Shown here: one piece after another, positions 26,276 through 35,369 of the stretch | Numbering within the stretch: the stretch's first letter is position 1 | How the letters are laid out: each line of letters starts with the position of its first letter | The notes under the pieces: generated by a model | What the model was told of the DNA's origin: nothing | What the model saw: only the letters and a program-made list of their open reading frames with translations | Database searches by the model: none | Assembly: GCA_043798985.1 (NCBI GenBank) | Contig: JAZDOE010000023.1 | Location: 3,626 to 67,625 of the forward strand | Direction: 5' to 3' | Length of the DNA stretch: 64,000 nt | Source: Candidatus Falkowbacteria bacterium | Lineage (GTDB): Bacteria > Patescibacteriota > Patescibacteriia > UBA11705 > JACRDX01 | Position numbers and translations under genes: made by a program

Positions 26276-26611
26276 CTATTCCTTTAGTTTTAAATTGTTT
26301 TTGTGTCGGTTTTTATCCCTATTTGTTTTTTTATTCATATTTTTCTGAAACGCTTCCGTTAAATCAATGCCTGTTTGATTGGCAATACAAATAAGCACAA
26401 ACAATACATCTGCTAATTCATCTGACAACTTTTTATCATCAGATTTTTTAAAACTTTGATCACCATAAGTTCTGGATATTATCCGCGCCACCTCGCCAAC
26501 TTCTTCGGTCAATTGCGCTAACTGTGTCATTTCAGAAAAATATTTAACACCAATATCTTTTATCCAGTCATCAACGATTTGTTGGGCTTGTTTGATCGTG
26601 ATTTGAGACAT
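26276..26611 (-). CDS. MazG-like nucleotide pyrophosphohydrolase (YpjD type)
   Basis: LTEEVGEVAR and DELADVLF motifs. Confidence 0.9.
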   Translation of the reverse strand: MSQITIKQAQQIVDDWIKDIGVKYFSEMTQLAQLTEEVGEVARIISRTYGDQSFKKSDDKKLSDELADVLFVLICIANQTGIDLTEAFQKNMNKKTNRDKNRHKNNLKLKE

Positions 26612-26658
26612 AAAAATAATTCCTCATGCAAAATAGCAAAACCTTAATTACTTTAAAA

Positions 26659-26721
26659 TTATTCAACAAACTTGAACCGCGGCATTTTCACGCCGTCAAC
26701 AACAACTTCATCAAAAAACAT
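26659..26721 (-). pseudogene. 20-codon duplicate of the DUF1653 C-terminus
   Basis: MFFDEVVVDGVKMPRFKFVE vs MFFDEVVVDGVKVPRFKFVG; 30 nt identical. Confidence 0.75.
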
Positions 26722-27044
26722 TATATTTTTTCCATCTCATTCATAATTTCTTGCAAGAGTTCGTCGCGCCGCTCGTTGAACGCCTGCGTTCTCGCGGCTT
26801 CAAAACTTTCCATTGCTTCGTCAACAAATCCAGCGGTAAAATATAGCCGCGCTCGCCGCAAATTGGACTGTATCAATTCAGTAGGATAATCAATAGCCGT
26901 TTCAACCTGTTTTTCTTCTTTTATCACCCAATCCTGCAAAAGTTTCTGCGCTTCCGGATTGTCCGCGCCCTTTTCTCTCAACAATCTCACCAACGCCAGT
27001 TCGGTTTCTGACCACTGCGCAATTGTGTTTTCAAATGTTTTCAT
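26721..27044 (-). CDS. Hypothetical helical protein (TPR-like segment)
   Basis: 107-aa ORF right after serS; RARLYFTAGFVDEAMESFEAA. Confidence 0.6.
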   Translation of the reverse strand: MKTFENTIAQWSETELALVRLLREKGADNPEAQKLLQDWVIKEEKQVETAIDYPTELIQSNLRRARLYFTAGFVDEAMESFEAARTQAFNERRDELLQEIMNEMEKI

Positions 27045-27053
27045 ATATACAAT

Positions 27054-28325
27054 CTATTTTTTCACAATCCTCTCCTGCCCTGCCATATATGGCCGCAAAA
27101 CTTCGGGAATGGTAATTGAACCATCAACGTTTTGATAAATTTCCAAAATCGGAATTAAAATTCTTGGAGTTGCGATCACTGTATTGTTAAGCGTGTGGCA
27201 AAAATGAATTTTGCCGTCAGCGTCGCGGTATCGCAAATTAAGCCGTCGCGCCTGATAGTCATACAAAATTGAACAAGAATGCGTTTCGCCATAGCCCTCG
27301 CGCGACGGCATCCATGTTTCAAGATCAACCATGTACGCGGTTTTTGCCGCCAAATCTCCGGAACAATTTACAACAATCCGATATGGCAACTTCAAACTTT
27401 GCAACAAATCTTCTGTGTTTTTTTGCAACTCCGCGTGCATCCGCTCGCTTTCATCTTTATCATTTTTACAAATTATGAGCTGCTCCACTTTATTAAATTG
27501 ATGCACGCGGTACAATCCTTGCGTGTCTTTTCCATAAGTTCCAGCCTCGCGGCGAAAACATGAAGAAACGCCAGCGTATTTCAGCGGCAACTGCTGACCA
27601 TCAACAATGTCATTCATGTGCATACCGCAAATTGACGCCTCCGAAGTTCCCACCAAATATTTGTCATCCTGCTGAACATAATAAACCTGCTCTTCACCTT
27701 CTGGAAAAAACCCAGCGCCAACAAGAATTTCTTTATTAATCAAAACAGGCACGATTAACAAACAGTAGCCGCGATTTGTAATAAAATCCTGCGCGTATTT
27801 TATTAGCGCTTGTTCCAATCTCGCGCCGTCGCCTTTGAGAATGTATGAGCGGCTGCCAGCGACTTTAACGCCAGATTCAAAATCAATAATATCCAATTCT
27901 TTGCCCAATGTAATATGATCCTTGGGCTCAAATTTAAACTTTGGCAAATCGCCCCATTTTTTAATTTCCTTATTTTCTTTGTCGCTCGCGCCTTGCGGCA
28001 CTCGCGAGTCCAAAATATTCGGCATTTCCAACAAAATCACTTGCATTTTATCTTTCAGCATTCTCAATTTTCCCTCAACTTCCGCTTGCTCAACATCCAT
28101 TTTTTTCATTTCATTCAAAATCGCTTTTTTATCCGCGTCTTTTTTCGTCACAATTTCTTTTGACACGCGATTTTTCTTTGCCTGAAAATTTTCAAAACGC
28201 AATTGCAGTTTGTGTCGCTCGTCATCCATTTCCAGCAATTTATCAAGATCAATGGAACGGCGCCGCATTTTCAGCGATCGCTCAACCTCTCCCCTATTTT
28301 CGCGAATAAATTTTATATCTAACAT
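27054..28325 (-). CDS. serS: Serine--tRNA ligase
   Basis: MLDIKFIREN, GTSE, FRREAG, RVHQFNKVE, HTLNNT. Confidence 0.97.
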   Translation of the reverse strand: MLDIKFIRENRGEVERSLKMRRRSIDLDKLLEMDDERHKLQLRFENFQAKKNRVSKEIVTKKDADKKAILNEMKKMDVEQAEVEGKLRMLKDKMQVILLEMPNILDSRVPQGASDKENKEIKKWGDLPKFKFEPKDHITLGKELDIIDFESGVKVAGSRSYILKGDGARLEQALIKYAQDFITNRGYCLLIVPVLINKEILVGAGFFPEGEEQVYYVQQDDKYLVGTSEASICGMHMNDIVDGQQLPLKYAGVSSCFRREAGTYGKDTQGLYRVHQFNKVEQLIICKNDKDESERMHAELQKNTEDLLQSLKLPYRIVVNCSGDLAAKTAYMVDLETWMPSREGYGETHSCSILYDYQARRLNLRYRDADGKIHFCHTLNNTVIATPRILIPILEIYQNVDGSITIPEVLRPYMAGQERIVKK

Positions 28326-28326
28326 A

Positions 28327-28785
28327 CTATTTTTTAATTTCAATTACTTTATATTCCACGATTCCGCGTGGAGTTTCAACTTCCACTTTGTCGCCTTTTT
28401 TGTGTCCGTAAAATGAGCTCCCCAAAGGGGATTCAATTGAAATTTTGCCGGCCATAGGATCAGCTTCATTAAAACTCACCAGTTGAAATTCGCGCTCTTT
28501 ATCTGCCGCGTCTTTCGCGACAAATTTTGTTGACATTCCAATTTTATTTCCAGTTTCCTCGTCCATAATAATTGAACTTTTCAAAGTCGCCTCAATTTCA
28601 GCAATTCGCGCGGCCATAAATCCTTGCGTGTCTTTTGCTTCCTGGTACTCGGCATTTTCCGACAAATCGCCCATTTCCTTTGCCTTTTCAATGCGATCAA
28701 TAATCTCTGGCATTTTTACTTCTTTCAAATCCTTTAACTCGCCCGCTAATTTTTGATAACCGTCTTTTGTCAAAATCTTTTGCAT
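28327..28785 (-). CDS. greA: Transcription elongation factor GreA
   Basis: GDLSENAEY, KISIESPLG. Confidence 0.95.
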   Translation of the reverse strand: MQKILTKDGYQKLAGELKDLKEVKMPEIIDRIEKAKEMGDLSENAEYQEAKDTQGFMAARIAEIEATLKSSIIMDEETGNKIGMSTKFVAKDAADKEREFQLVSFNEADPMAGKISIESPLGSSFYGHKKGDKVEVETPRGIVEYKVIEIKK

Positions 28786-28808
28786 AAAAAATCTGCGCGA
28801 AAAGCGCA

Positions 28809-28867
28809 ATTTAAAAATTAATCATTAAAACTTTTAAATTCATTTAAAATTACAAAATTAAAAATTA
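28809..28867. repeat. AT-rich heptamer-type repeat upstream of greA
   Basis: Recurring AAAATT units. Confidence 0.45.
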
Positions 28868-28926
28868 TCACTCGCACTATACCTATAGTATCAATCTTTG
28901 AAACATCCTGCAACAACATTCAACGC

Positions 28927-30933
28927 TTACTGCTTATTATGCTGCCACCAATATAAAAATTCCTGCGCGATCGGCACTGCGACTGTGCTACCTTCGCCGC
29001 CTTCTTCAATCAAAACGGTGATAACGATTTGCGGATTATTATACGGCGCAAAACCAGTGAACCACGCGTGCGATTTTTTCGTCATATCCCACTGCGCAGT
29101 GCCCGTTTTTCCGGCCACAGCCATTGGTAAATTGTTCAAACGTTTCGCCGAACCATATGTGACGGCCTGCCGCATTCCGCTACGCACAATGTCAATATTC
29201 TTTTTGGAAATAAAATCTTTTCGGATAATTTCCGGTTCAATATTTTTCAACAAACCCGTTTGCTCATTGGAAATGGTTTTAACCAAATGCGGTTTGTACA
29301 AAGTTCCGTGATTTGCGATTACAGCCGTGTAGCTCGCGACCTGCAAAGGTGTCGCCAACAAATCACCCTGCCCGATTGCCAAATGATAAGTGTCGCCAAT
29401 AAACCAGCGCTCACCCTTGGCGCTTTCTTTCCAGCCGGCAGTCGGCAAAAAACCTGTTGCTTCATTTGGCAAATCAATGCCCAACTTTTGATTCAGACCA
29501 AAAAGCTCGGAATATGCTTTGATTTTATAAACGCCAAGCCCGACAAACTTTTGCCAGCCACCGCCAATAATGTAGAAAAATGTGTTCACAGAATCTGCCA
29601 ATGCTTTTGTCACATTTGTAATTCCATGACCGCCGGCTTTCCAATCCGGAAAAAACCACTGGTCTATTTTAATTCCGCCAACGCTTAAGAAGCTGGTGTT
29701 TTCATTGATAATCCCTTCCTGCAACGCCGCGGCCGCGATGACAGGCTTTATCACAGAGCCAGACGGATATTCGCCGCTTACCGCGCGATTAAAAAGCGGC
29801 TGATTAGGGTTGTCTATCAACTTCTGGAAATCCTGCTGCGAAATACCGCTGGCAAATAAATTATTATCAAACGCTGGCTCACTTACCATGGCAATAATTT
29901 CGCCGTTGTTTGGATTCATCGCGATCGCAACTGCCCGCTGTTTGTTAATCCGCGCTAATTGCGCTTTGACAATTTCTTCAAGTTTTTTTTGCGCGTCAAA
30001 ATCAAGCGATAAAACCAAATCATTGCCTTTTACAATTTTGTCTTCAGCGATCACGCTTTTTTCCTTGCCAGCGGAATCAACCTCAACTTCGCGTTTGCCA
30101 GATTCACCGCGCAAATCATTTTCATAAAAAAGTTCCAGCCCAGTTTTGCCAACTCGATCATTCAACAAATAACCTTTATATTGCAAAACATCAAATTCTT
30201 CTGGCGAAATCACGCCCTCATAGCCAAGCACATGCGACAATGACTTTGCCCCACCTATGGCGGGGTACAGATATTTACGCTGGCCTCCGATTTTAACGCC
30301 AATGCCATTCGCGCCCTGCGCGAAAATTTTCAACTTCATTGCAATTTGATAATCCAAATTCGTTGCCAATGTCTGCGGTTCAAAATATTCTTTTTTAAAA
30401 GTTGGCGTGTTTACAATTTCAAAGAACCGCGCGGCATACTTATTTTGCCAATCAGCGGCCATTGTTGCCTGTAATCCCGTTTCAATTTCTCTGCGTTCGG
30501 ATTCTTTTTTCGGCAAATCATACGGGATTACATATAAACTGAAATCTGGAATATTTTTCAACAATGGCCGCATTTCACTGTCATAAATTATGCCGCGCGG
30601 CGCGGCTAAATATTGCACGCGTATGCGGTTACGTTCAGCTAACGCTCCATAATATTTGCCTTTAACAATCTGCAATTGCCCCGCGCGAAAAAGTAGCGCG
30701 CCAAGGATTACAAGAATAATTATTAAAAAAACAGCTAACCGTTTGCGCGAAAGCGCCAGCCCCATATAATTTTTTCCGCTTTTGTTCAATTCCTCAAAAG
30801 AAAAATTAATAAAAGAATCTTCAACCCACTGGCGCCATGTATTTCGTCCGAGCCGATCAACGCGCAGCTTGCGCGCGTCAATCATGAAAATCTCGTCCTC
30901 TGGATTTTGTTTGTCATCGTCAAAATTAGACAT
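28927..30933 (-). CDS. mrdA: Penicillin-binding protein 2
   Basis: PGSVIK (SxxK), SVN, KTGT; follows mreBCD. Confidence 0.95.
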   Translation of the reverse strand: MSNFDDDKQNPEDEIFMIDARKLRVDRLGRNTWRQWVEDSFINFSFEELNKSGKNYMGLALSRKRLAVFLIIILVILGALLFRAGQLQIVKGKYYGALAERNRIRVQYLAAPRGIIYDSEMRPLLKNIPDFSLYVIPYDLPKKESERREIETGLQATMAADWQNKYAARFFEIVNTPTFKKEYFEPQTLATNLDYQIAMKLKIFAQGANGIGVKIGGQRKYLYPAIGGAKSLSHVLGYEGVISPEEFDVLQYKGYLLNDRVGKTGLELFYENDLRGESGKREVEVDSAGKEKSVIAEDKIVKGNDLVLSLDFDAQKKLEEIVKAQLARINKQRAVAIAMNPNNGEIIAMVSEPAFDNNLFASGISQQDFQKLIDNPNQPLFNRAVSGEYPSGSVIKPVIAAAALQEGIINENTSFLSVGGIKIDQWFFPDWKAGGHGITNVTKALADSVNTFFYIIGGGWQKFVGLGVYKIKAYSELFGLNQKLGIDLPNEATGFLPTAGWKESAKGERWFIGDTYHLAIGQGDLLATPLQVASYTAVIANHGTLYKPHLVKTISNEQTGLLKNIEPEIIRKDFISKKNIDIVRSGMRQAVTYGSAKRLNNLPMAVAGKTGTAQWDMTKKSHAWFTGFAPYNNPQIVITVLIEEGGEGSTVAVPIAQEFLYWWQHNKQ
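30250..30264. repeat. 15-bp CCCGCC-N3-GGCGGG-type palindrome in-frame in mrdA
   Basis: Minus strand CCCGCCATAGGTGGG encodes PAIGG. Confidence 0.55.
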
Positions 30934-31406
30934 AATATTGCGACGAACGCCACGTTCATCACTTCCGCGTAAATTAAATCGGCAATCAGCGAACGATCAA
31001 ACAATCCAGCCAATAAATCCCTATCCTTAAAAAACGCGACCCCGACCGCGTAGAACCAAAAAACAAAATGATAAACTAATGTTGCCAAAAACATCAAAAT
31101 AATAATTGTGTAAAGAGAACGGTTTGTAAGCGCTGACAAAAAAATCCAATTACAAACGGACAATGCAACCAATAATCCAAGCAATATCGCGCCAAACGCA
31201 AACGCCGAATATATTTCCAAAATAATCCCGACAATGACTGAAAAAACAATTGCTTCCCTAAAATTTAACAAAAATCCCCAGAACACAAAACACGCTAAAA
31301 CAAAATCAAATCGCGAAAACGGCAGTCCTAAAACAGGCAAAAAACTGGTTTGCATCAAAACCAGCCCAACGATAAACAATGTTTTTTGAAAAACTGCTTT
31401 AACCAT
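30882..31406 (-). CDS. mreD: Rod shape-determining protein MreD
   Basis: Polytopic membrane protein between mreC and mrdA. Confidence 0.75.
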   Translation of the reverse strand: MVKAVFQKTLFIVGLVLMQTSFLPVLGLPFSRFDFVLACFVFWGFLLNFREAIVFSVIVGIILEIYSAFAFGAILLGLLVALSVCNWIFLSALTNRSLYTIIILMFLATLVYHFVFWFYAVGVAFFKDRDLLAGLFDRSLIADLIYAEVMNVAFVAILCLILTMTNKIQRTRFS

Positions 31407-31421
31407 TATGGTTTTTTAACA

Positions 31422-32231
31422 TTATTGTTCTTGAATTATTATTGTCGCCAAACGCAACTTGTTAAATTCAACCGGAGATTTTATACTAGCTTGCTGAAAC
31501 AATGACCCTGGTTTTTTTACCACCGAATTTACCGTGCCTATTACCAAGCCAGAAGGCACATCTTTTTCCAATCCCGAAGTTGTCACCAAATCACCTTCCA
31601 CAACTTTTTCTTCCGGCGGGATAAAATCCATTTTTATGCCAAGACCATATTCGCCGACAACCAAACCAATGGTTTTATTTTGATTATTAATTGTTGCGGC
31701 GACATTGGACAAATCATCATTTATCAATAAAACGACGCTGGTTCCCGCGGCCACTTTATAAATCTTACCAACAAGCGTTCCGTTTCCGGTGACAACCGGC
31801 TGCCCAATTTCAACATTGTCCTTTGCTCCGCGATTGATGATCAGCGCGTTCACGCTCAAATCTGAACTTTTACCAATCACTCGCGCGGCAACACCTGTTT
31901 GTTTGGCTTTTTTCAAAAAACCGGATTGCTCCTGCAAAAATTTATTCTCTTCTTCCTGCTCGGCGCAATAACTTTCTCTTGCCAACAACCTTTCCATCTC
32001 GCTTCGCAACTTTTCATTGTCCTGTTTCAAATTTTTTATGTTTTCCAAGTCCACAAAAAAACCGTTGACTTTATTTGATAAATAATAAACGCCAGACTGC
32101 ATTGGTCGGAAAACAAAAGCAACGCTCTTTTCAATCGGCAATAGCGCGCCAATATAGTGTAAAAAAAATAATAGCCCCACTACTATTATAATCACCACTG
32201 AAAAATTAATTGTCCGACGAGGAAGCAACAT
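31422..32231 (-). CDS. mreC: Rod shape-determining protein MreC
   Basis: TM plus coiled coil, IINRG, LVGKI, VTTSGL, GLVIG. Confidence 0.92.
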   Translation of the reverse strand: MLLPRRTINFSVVIIIVVGLLFFLHYIGALLPIEKSVAFVFRPMQSGVYYLSNKVNGFFVDLENIKNLKQDNEKLRSEMERLLARESYCAEQEEENKFLQEQSGFLKKAKQTGVAARVIGKSSDLSVNALIINRGAKDNVEIGQPVVTGNGTLVGKIYKVAAGTSVVLLINDDLSNVAATINNQNKTIGLVVGEYGLGIKMDFIPPEEKVVEGDLVTTSGLEKDVPSGLVIGTVNSVVKKPGSLFQQASIKSPVEFNKLRLATIIIQEQ

Positions 32232-32238
32232 GAAATTT

Positions 32239-33291
32239 TTACAAAATTCTGTCAGCGCTTGCAGATGGCACCTCAACTTCTTCCAACAATTTATTGTCCT
32301 CCAACAACGCGTTCAACCCGCGAATGGTGCAAGTCACAGGATCATCGGCAATTCGCACAGGCACAGCCGCGGCTTTTGAAATCGCCTTATCAATGCCGCG
32401 CAATTTCGCGCCGCCTCCGGCCAAGACAATCCCACGCTCATAAATGTCAGCCACCAACTCGGGCGGCGTTGTTTCCAATGTTAATTTTAACGCCTCAATT
32501 ATCGCGTTGATTGACGGCGAAATCGCGTCGCGCACCTGATAATCGCTTATCACCAATTCGCGCGGCAAACCTGACACCAAATCGCGGCCGCGCATTTCCA
32601 TCTGCATTGGACTTTCTATTTCAAACGCTGAACCAATGTTTATTTTCAATTGTTCGGCAAATCTTTCTCCGATCAATAAATTAAAATGATCGCGCGCGTA
32701 GTTGATAATATCTTGGTCAAAAGTCTGTCCTGCGATTTTCAATGATTTCCAATTTACAACTCCATTCAAAGAAATAACAGCGATCTCGGTTTTTCCACCG
32801 CCAAGATTCACAATCAAACTGCCGGACGCGTCCTGCACTGGCAACCGCGCGCCAAGCGCGCTGGCCATTACCTCTTCAACCAAATGAACTTTGCCTGCGC
32901 CAGCAGACAGCACCGCGTCTTCCACTGCTTTTTTTTCAACTTCGGTGATGTCCAATGGAATATTAATTACGACTCCAGGGCGAAAAGCAAATCCAACTTG
33001 TTCGCGATAAATTTTATCAATAAAATACCGCAACATTTTTTCAGTCACCTCAAAATCGGAAATAATTCCATTTTCCAGCGGTCGGCTCAACGTGATGAAC
33101 TTCGGCGCCTTGCCAACCATTTTTCTCGCATCTTCGCCGACCGCCAAAATTCTATCCAAACGATTATTGATCGCCACAATTGACGGCTCCTGAATAATAA
33201 TGCCGCGATCCTGTACGCTAACAACAGTCTTGGACGTGCCAAGATCAATCGCGATTTTTTTGCTAAATTTGTTTAAAAATTTTTGAAACAT
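32239..33291 (-). CDS. mreB: Rod shape-determining protein MreB
   Basis: IDLGT, EPSIVA, GGGKTEIAVISL, PPELVADI, LAGGG. Confidence 0.95.
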   Translation of the reverse strand: MFQKFLNKFSKKIAIDLGTSKTVVSVQDRGIIIQEPSIVAINNRLDRILAVGEDARKMVGKAPKFITLSRPLENGIISDFEVTEKMLRYFIDKIYREQVGFAFRPGVVINIPLDITEVEKKAVEDAVLSAGAGKVHLVEEVMASALGARLPVQDASGSLIVNLGGGKTEIAVISLNGVVNWKSLKIAGQTFDQDIINYARDHFNLLIGERFAEQLKINIGSAFEIESPMQMEMRGRDLVSGLPRELVISDYQVRDAISPSINAIIEALKLTLETTPPELVADIYERGIVLAGGGAKLRGIDKAISKAAAVPVRIADDPVTCTIRGLNALLEDNKLLEEVEVPSASADRIL

Positions 33292-34532
33292 GTAGCATCA
33301 AGCTCCTTGATTTTTACCAGCCGAGCCTCCTTCTCATGCCGACATTTTACCTCGCAACTATCCTGTTGTAAAGTTTTTCTACTGACAATAATCCGCACAG
33401 GAATGCCGATCAAATCCGCGTCAACCAACTTTTCGCCGATTGACTTATCATCCCTTTCGTCAAACAAGATGCTATCCCCGCCGTTGGAAAGATTAAACTT
33501 TTCATAAATCTTTTTTGCGGTTGCCACAACTTCCTTGTCGTTTGTCAGGGCAATCAAATGCGCTGAAAATGGCGCGACATTTTTTGGCCAAATCATTCCT
33601 GCGTCATCGTGAAAAAGCTCAACAATCGTGCCCATAATTCGCGACGGCCCAATTCCATAAGCAGCCATTTCAATTGGTTGTTCATCGCCATTCTCATCCA
33701 CCCACTTAAAATTGAATGCGCTCGTGAACTTGGTTCTTTGTTTGAAAATATTACCGACCTCAATCGCTTTTCGCGCAACCAATTTTTTATTGCCGCATTC
33801 TGGGCATGTGTTTTGCTCGTCAATAATTTCTTTGTTCACTGCCACGCGGCATTTTTCGCACACATGAACAATGTCTTCGCCAGCTTCGCACAAAGTTTGA
33901 AATTCATGAGAATATTTGCTAAAAGTTCCGCCTGACGCGAATGTGAGCAATGTGACGTCGCCGATTCCAAGCCGATTGTAAATTTTAAAATACGCATCTT
34001 TCACTATTTCATAATAATTATTCAAATCCTTTTCAGTCGCGTGGAACGAGTACAAATCTTTCATGTTAAATTCTCTGCCGCGCAATAAACCAGACTTTGC
34101 GCGCGCCTCATTTCTGAATTTATTCTGGATTTGATAAACCGCGAGCGGCAAATCTTTGTATGACAAAACAAATTTTTGCACCAATGGCGTGACGATTTCT
34201 TCATGCGTTGGATTCAAAAACATCTTCGCGTCGCCTTGTCCCATTGTGCTGAAAAGCACGTCTGCCATTGTTTTGTCGCGGCCGGTTTGTTTGTAATTTT
34301 CTTCCTGCGTCAATGTTGGCATTAAAATTTCCTGGCCACCAATCGCGTTCATTTCTTCGCGAATAATATTTTGTATGCGCGTTAAAACTCGCAAGCCCAA
34401 TGGTAAATAATTATAAACGCCTGCCATTTGTTTTGAAATAAACCCCGCGCGAATCAGCAGCTGCGCGTTCACGCTGGTTTCGTCTTTTGGAATTTGTTTT
34501 ATTGTTTTTGTAAAAAGCTTAGACTGCAACAT
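33273..34532 (-). CDS. proS: Proline--tRNA ligase, short form without editing insertion
   Basis: PTHEE, KFRNEAR, GLLRGREF, IEVGNIF, YGIG. Confidence 0.93.
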   Translation of the reverse strand: MLQSKLFTKTIKQIPKDETSVNAQLLIRAGFISKQMAGVYNYLPLGLRVLTRIQNIIREEMNAIGGQEILMPTLTQEENYKQTGRDKTMADVLFSTMGQGDAKMFLNPTHEEIVTPLVQKFVLSYKDLPLAVYQIQNKFRNEARAKSGLLRGREFNMKDLYSFHATEKDLNNYYEIVKDAYFKIYNRLGIGDVTLLTFASGGTFSKYSHEFQTLCEAGEDIVHVCEKCRVAVNKEIIDEQNTCPECGNKKLVARKAIEVGNIFKQRTKFTSAFNFKWVDENGDEQPIEMAAYGIGPSRIMGTIVELFHDDAGMIWPKNVAPFSAHLIALTNDKEVVATAKKIYEKFNLSNGGDSILFDERDDKSIGEKLVDADLIGIPVRIIVSRKTLQQDSCEVKCRHEKEARLVKIKELDATCFKNF

Positions 34533-34537
34533 AAAAA

Positions 34538-34653
34538 AATTTTGAATTTTGAATTTTTAATTTTAAATCAATGTTGAATGTATAAATGTTTGAATGTTTC
34601 AAAATTCAGATTTAAAAATTCATTAAAAATTAGAAATTTGAAATTCAAAAATT
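34538..34653. repeat. AT-rich heptamer inverted-repeat element upstream of proS
   Basis: AATTTTG AATTTTG AATTTTT ... AAATTTG AAATTCA AAATT. Confidence 0.75.
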
Positions 34654-35011
34654 AATTACGCTTCCCCTCTCGGGGCATGGCTTTGCCATCTAACCAAAAA
34701 TCAATCAATATCACTGCCACGATTAGCAACAACAAAGTAAAAAGATTAAAGACCCGCAATCCCTGTAAAATCAATGGAATAATAAAAAGCGCTGCCAATA
34801 AAATAGCGCGGCGAATTATCATTTTATTATTTGTAGAAATCCGCAACGCGATAGTGGCAAACCCACTGACCAGCGCCAACAACAATAAAACATGAAAAAC
34901 AAAAAACGCCCAAAGTTTGCCCGGCGCTACAGTGCTAATGAAAATAAACCAGCTTGCCCAAACAATAATCGTCGCCATTGTTATGGCAACTTTGTATTTT
35001 TGTAAATTCAT
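34652..35011 (-). CDS. Hypothetical four-TM membrane protein
   Basis: Hydrophobic 119-aa ORF; RRAILL motif. Confidence 0.7.
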   Translation of the reverse strand: MNLQKYKVAITMATIIVWASWFIFISTVAPGKLWAFFVFHVLLLLALVSGFATIALRISTNNKMIIRRAILLAALFIIPLILQGLRVFNLFTLLLLIVAVILIDFWLDGKAMPREGKRN

Positions 35012-35070
35012 AAGCGTCTTTTTAAATTATCTCTATCTTTCAATTTACCACAACGCCAAAAATTAACAAG

Positions 35071-35367
35071 CTAAACAAACCTGATTTTCTCAACAACCTT
35101 GCCGAATTTTGCAATTATTGCATTTGTAATGCGCGCTTCGCGCAAACGAATTTCCTGTGAAATTATAGAATTAGAACAATGAATCATCAATTCTTTATTT
35201 TTTATGGCAACAATTTTAACTTGGTTGTCAATGGCTGCCCCCCAAATTTCGTGTAGCAAAGTTTGAGCAAATCCAATAACCATGCCGATTTTCACCTGCC
35301 TCGCCCATGGCGCTGACATCATTTTATCGTCCAGCACCATGCCAATATGTTGGAAATTCTTTTTCAT
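35071..35367 (-). CDS. DUF721/DciA-like protein
   Basis: LMIHCSNSIISQEIRL...VEKIRF pattern and size. Confidence 0.7.
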   Translation of the reverse strand: MKKNFQHIGMVLDDKMMSAPWARQVKIGMVIGFAQTLLHEIWGAAIDNQVKIVAIKNKELMIHCSNSIISQEIRLREARITNAIIAKFGKVVEKIRFV

Positions 35368-35369
35368 AG

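Noticed and set aside
33472-33490. CCCCGCCGTTGG in proS as another coding palindrome
   Set aside because: Only one arm matches; it cannot be separated from chance without alignments.
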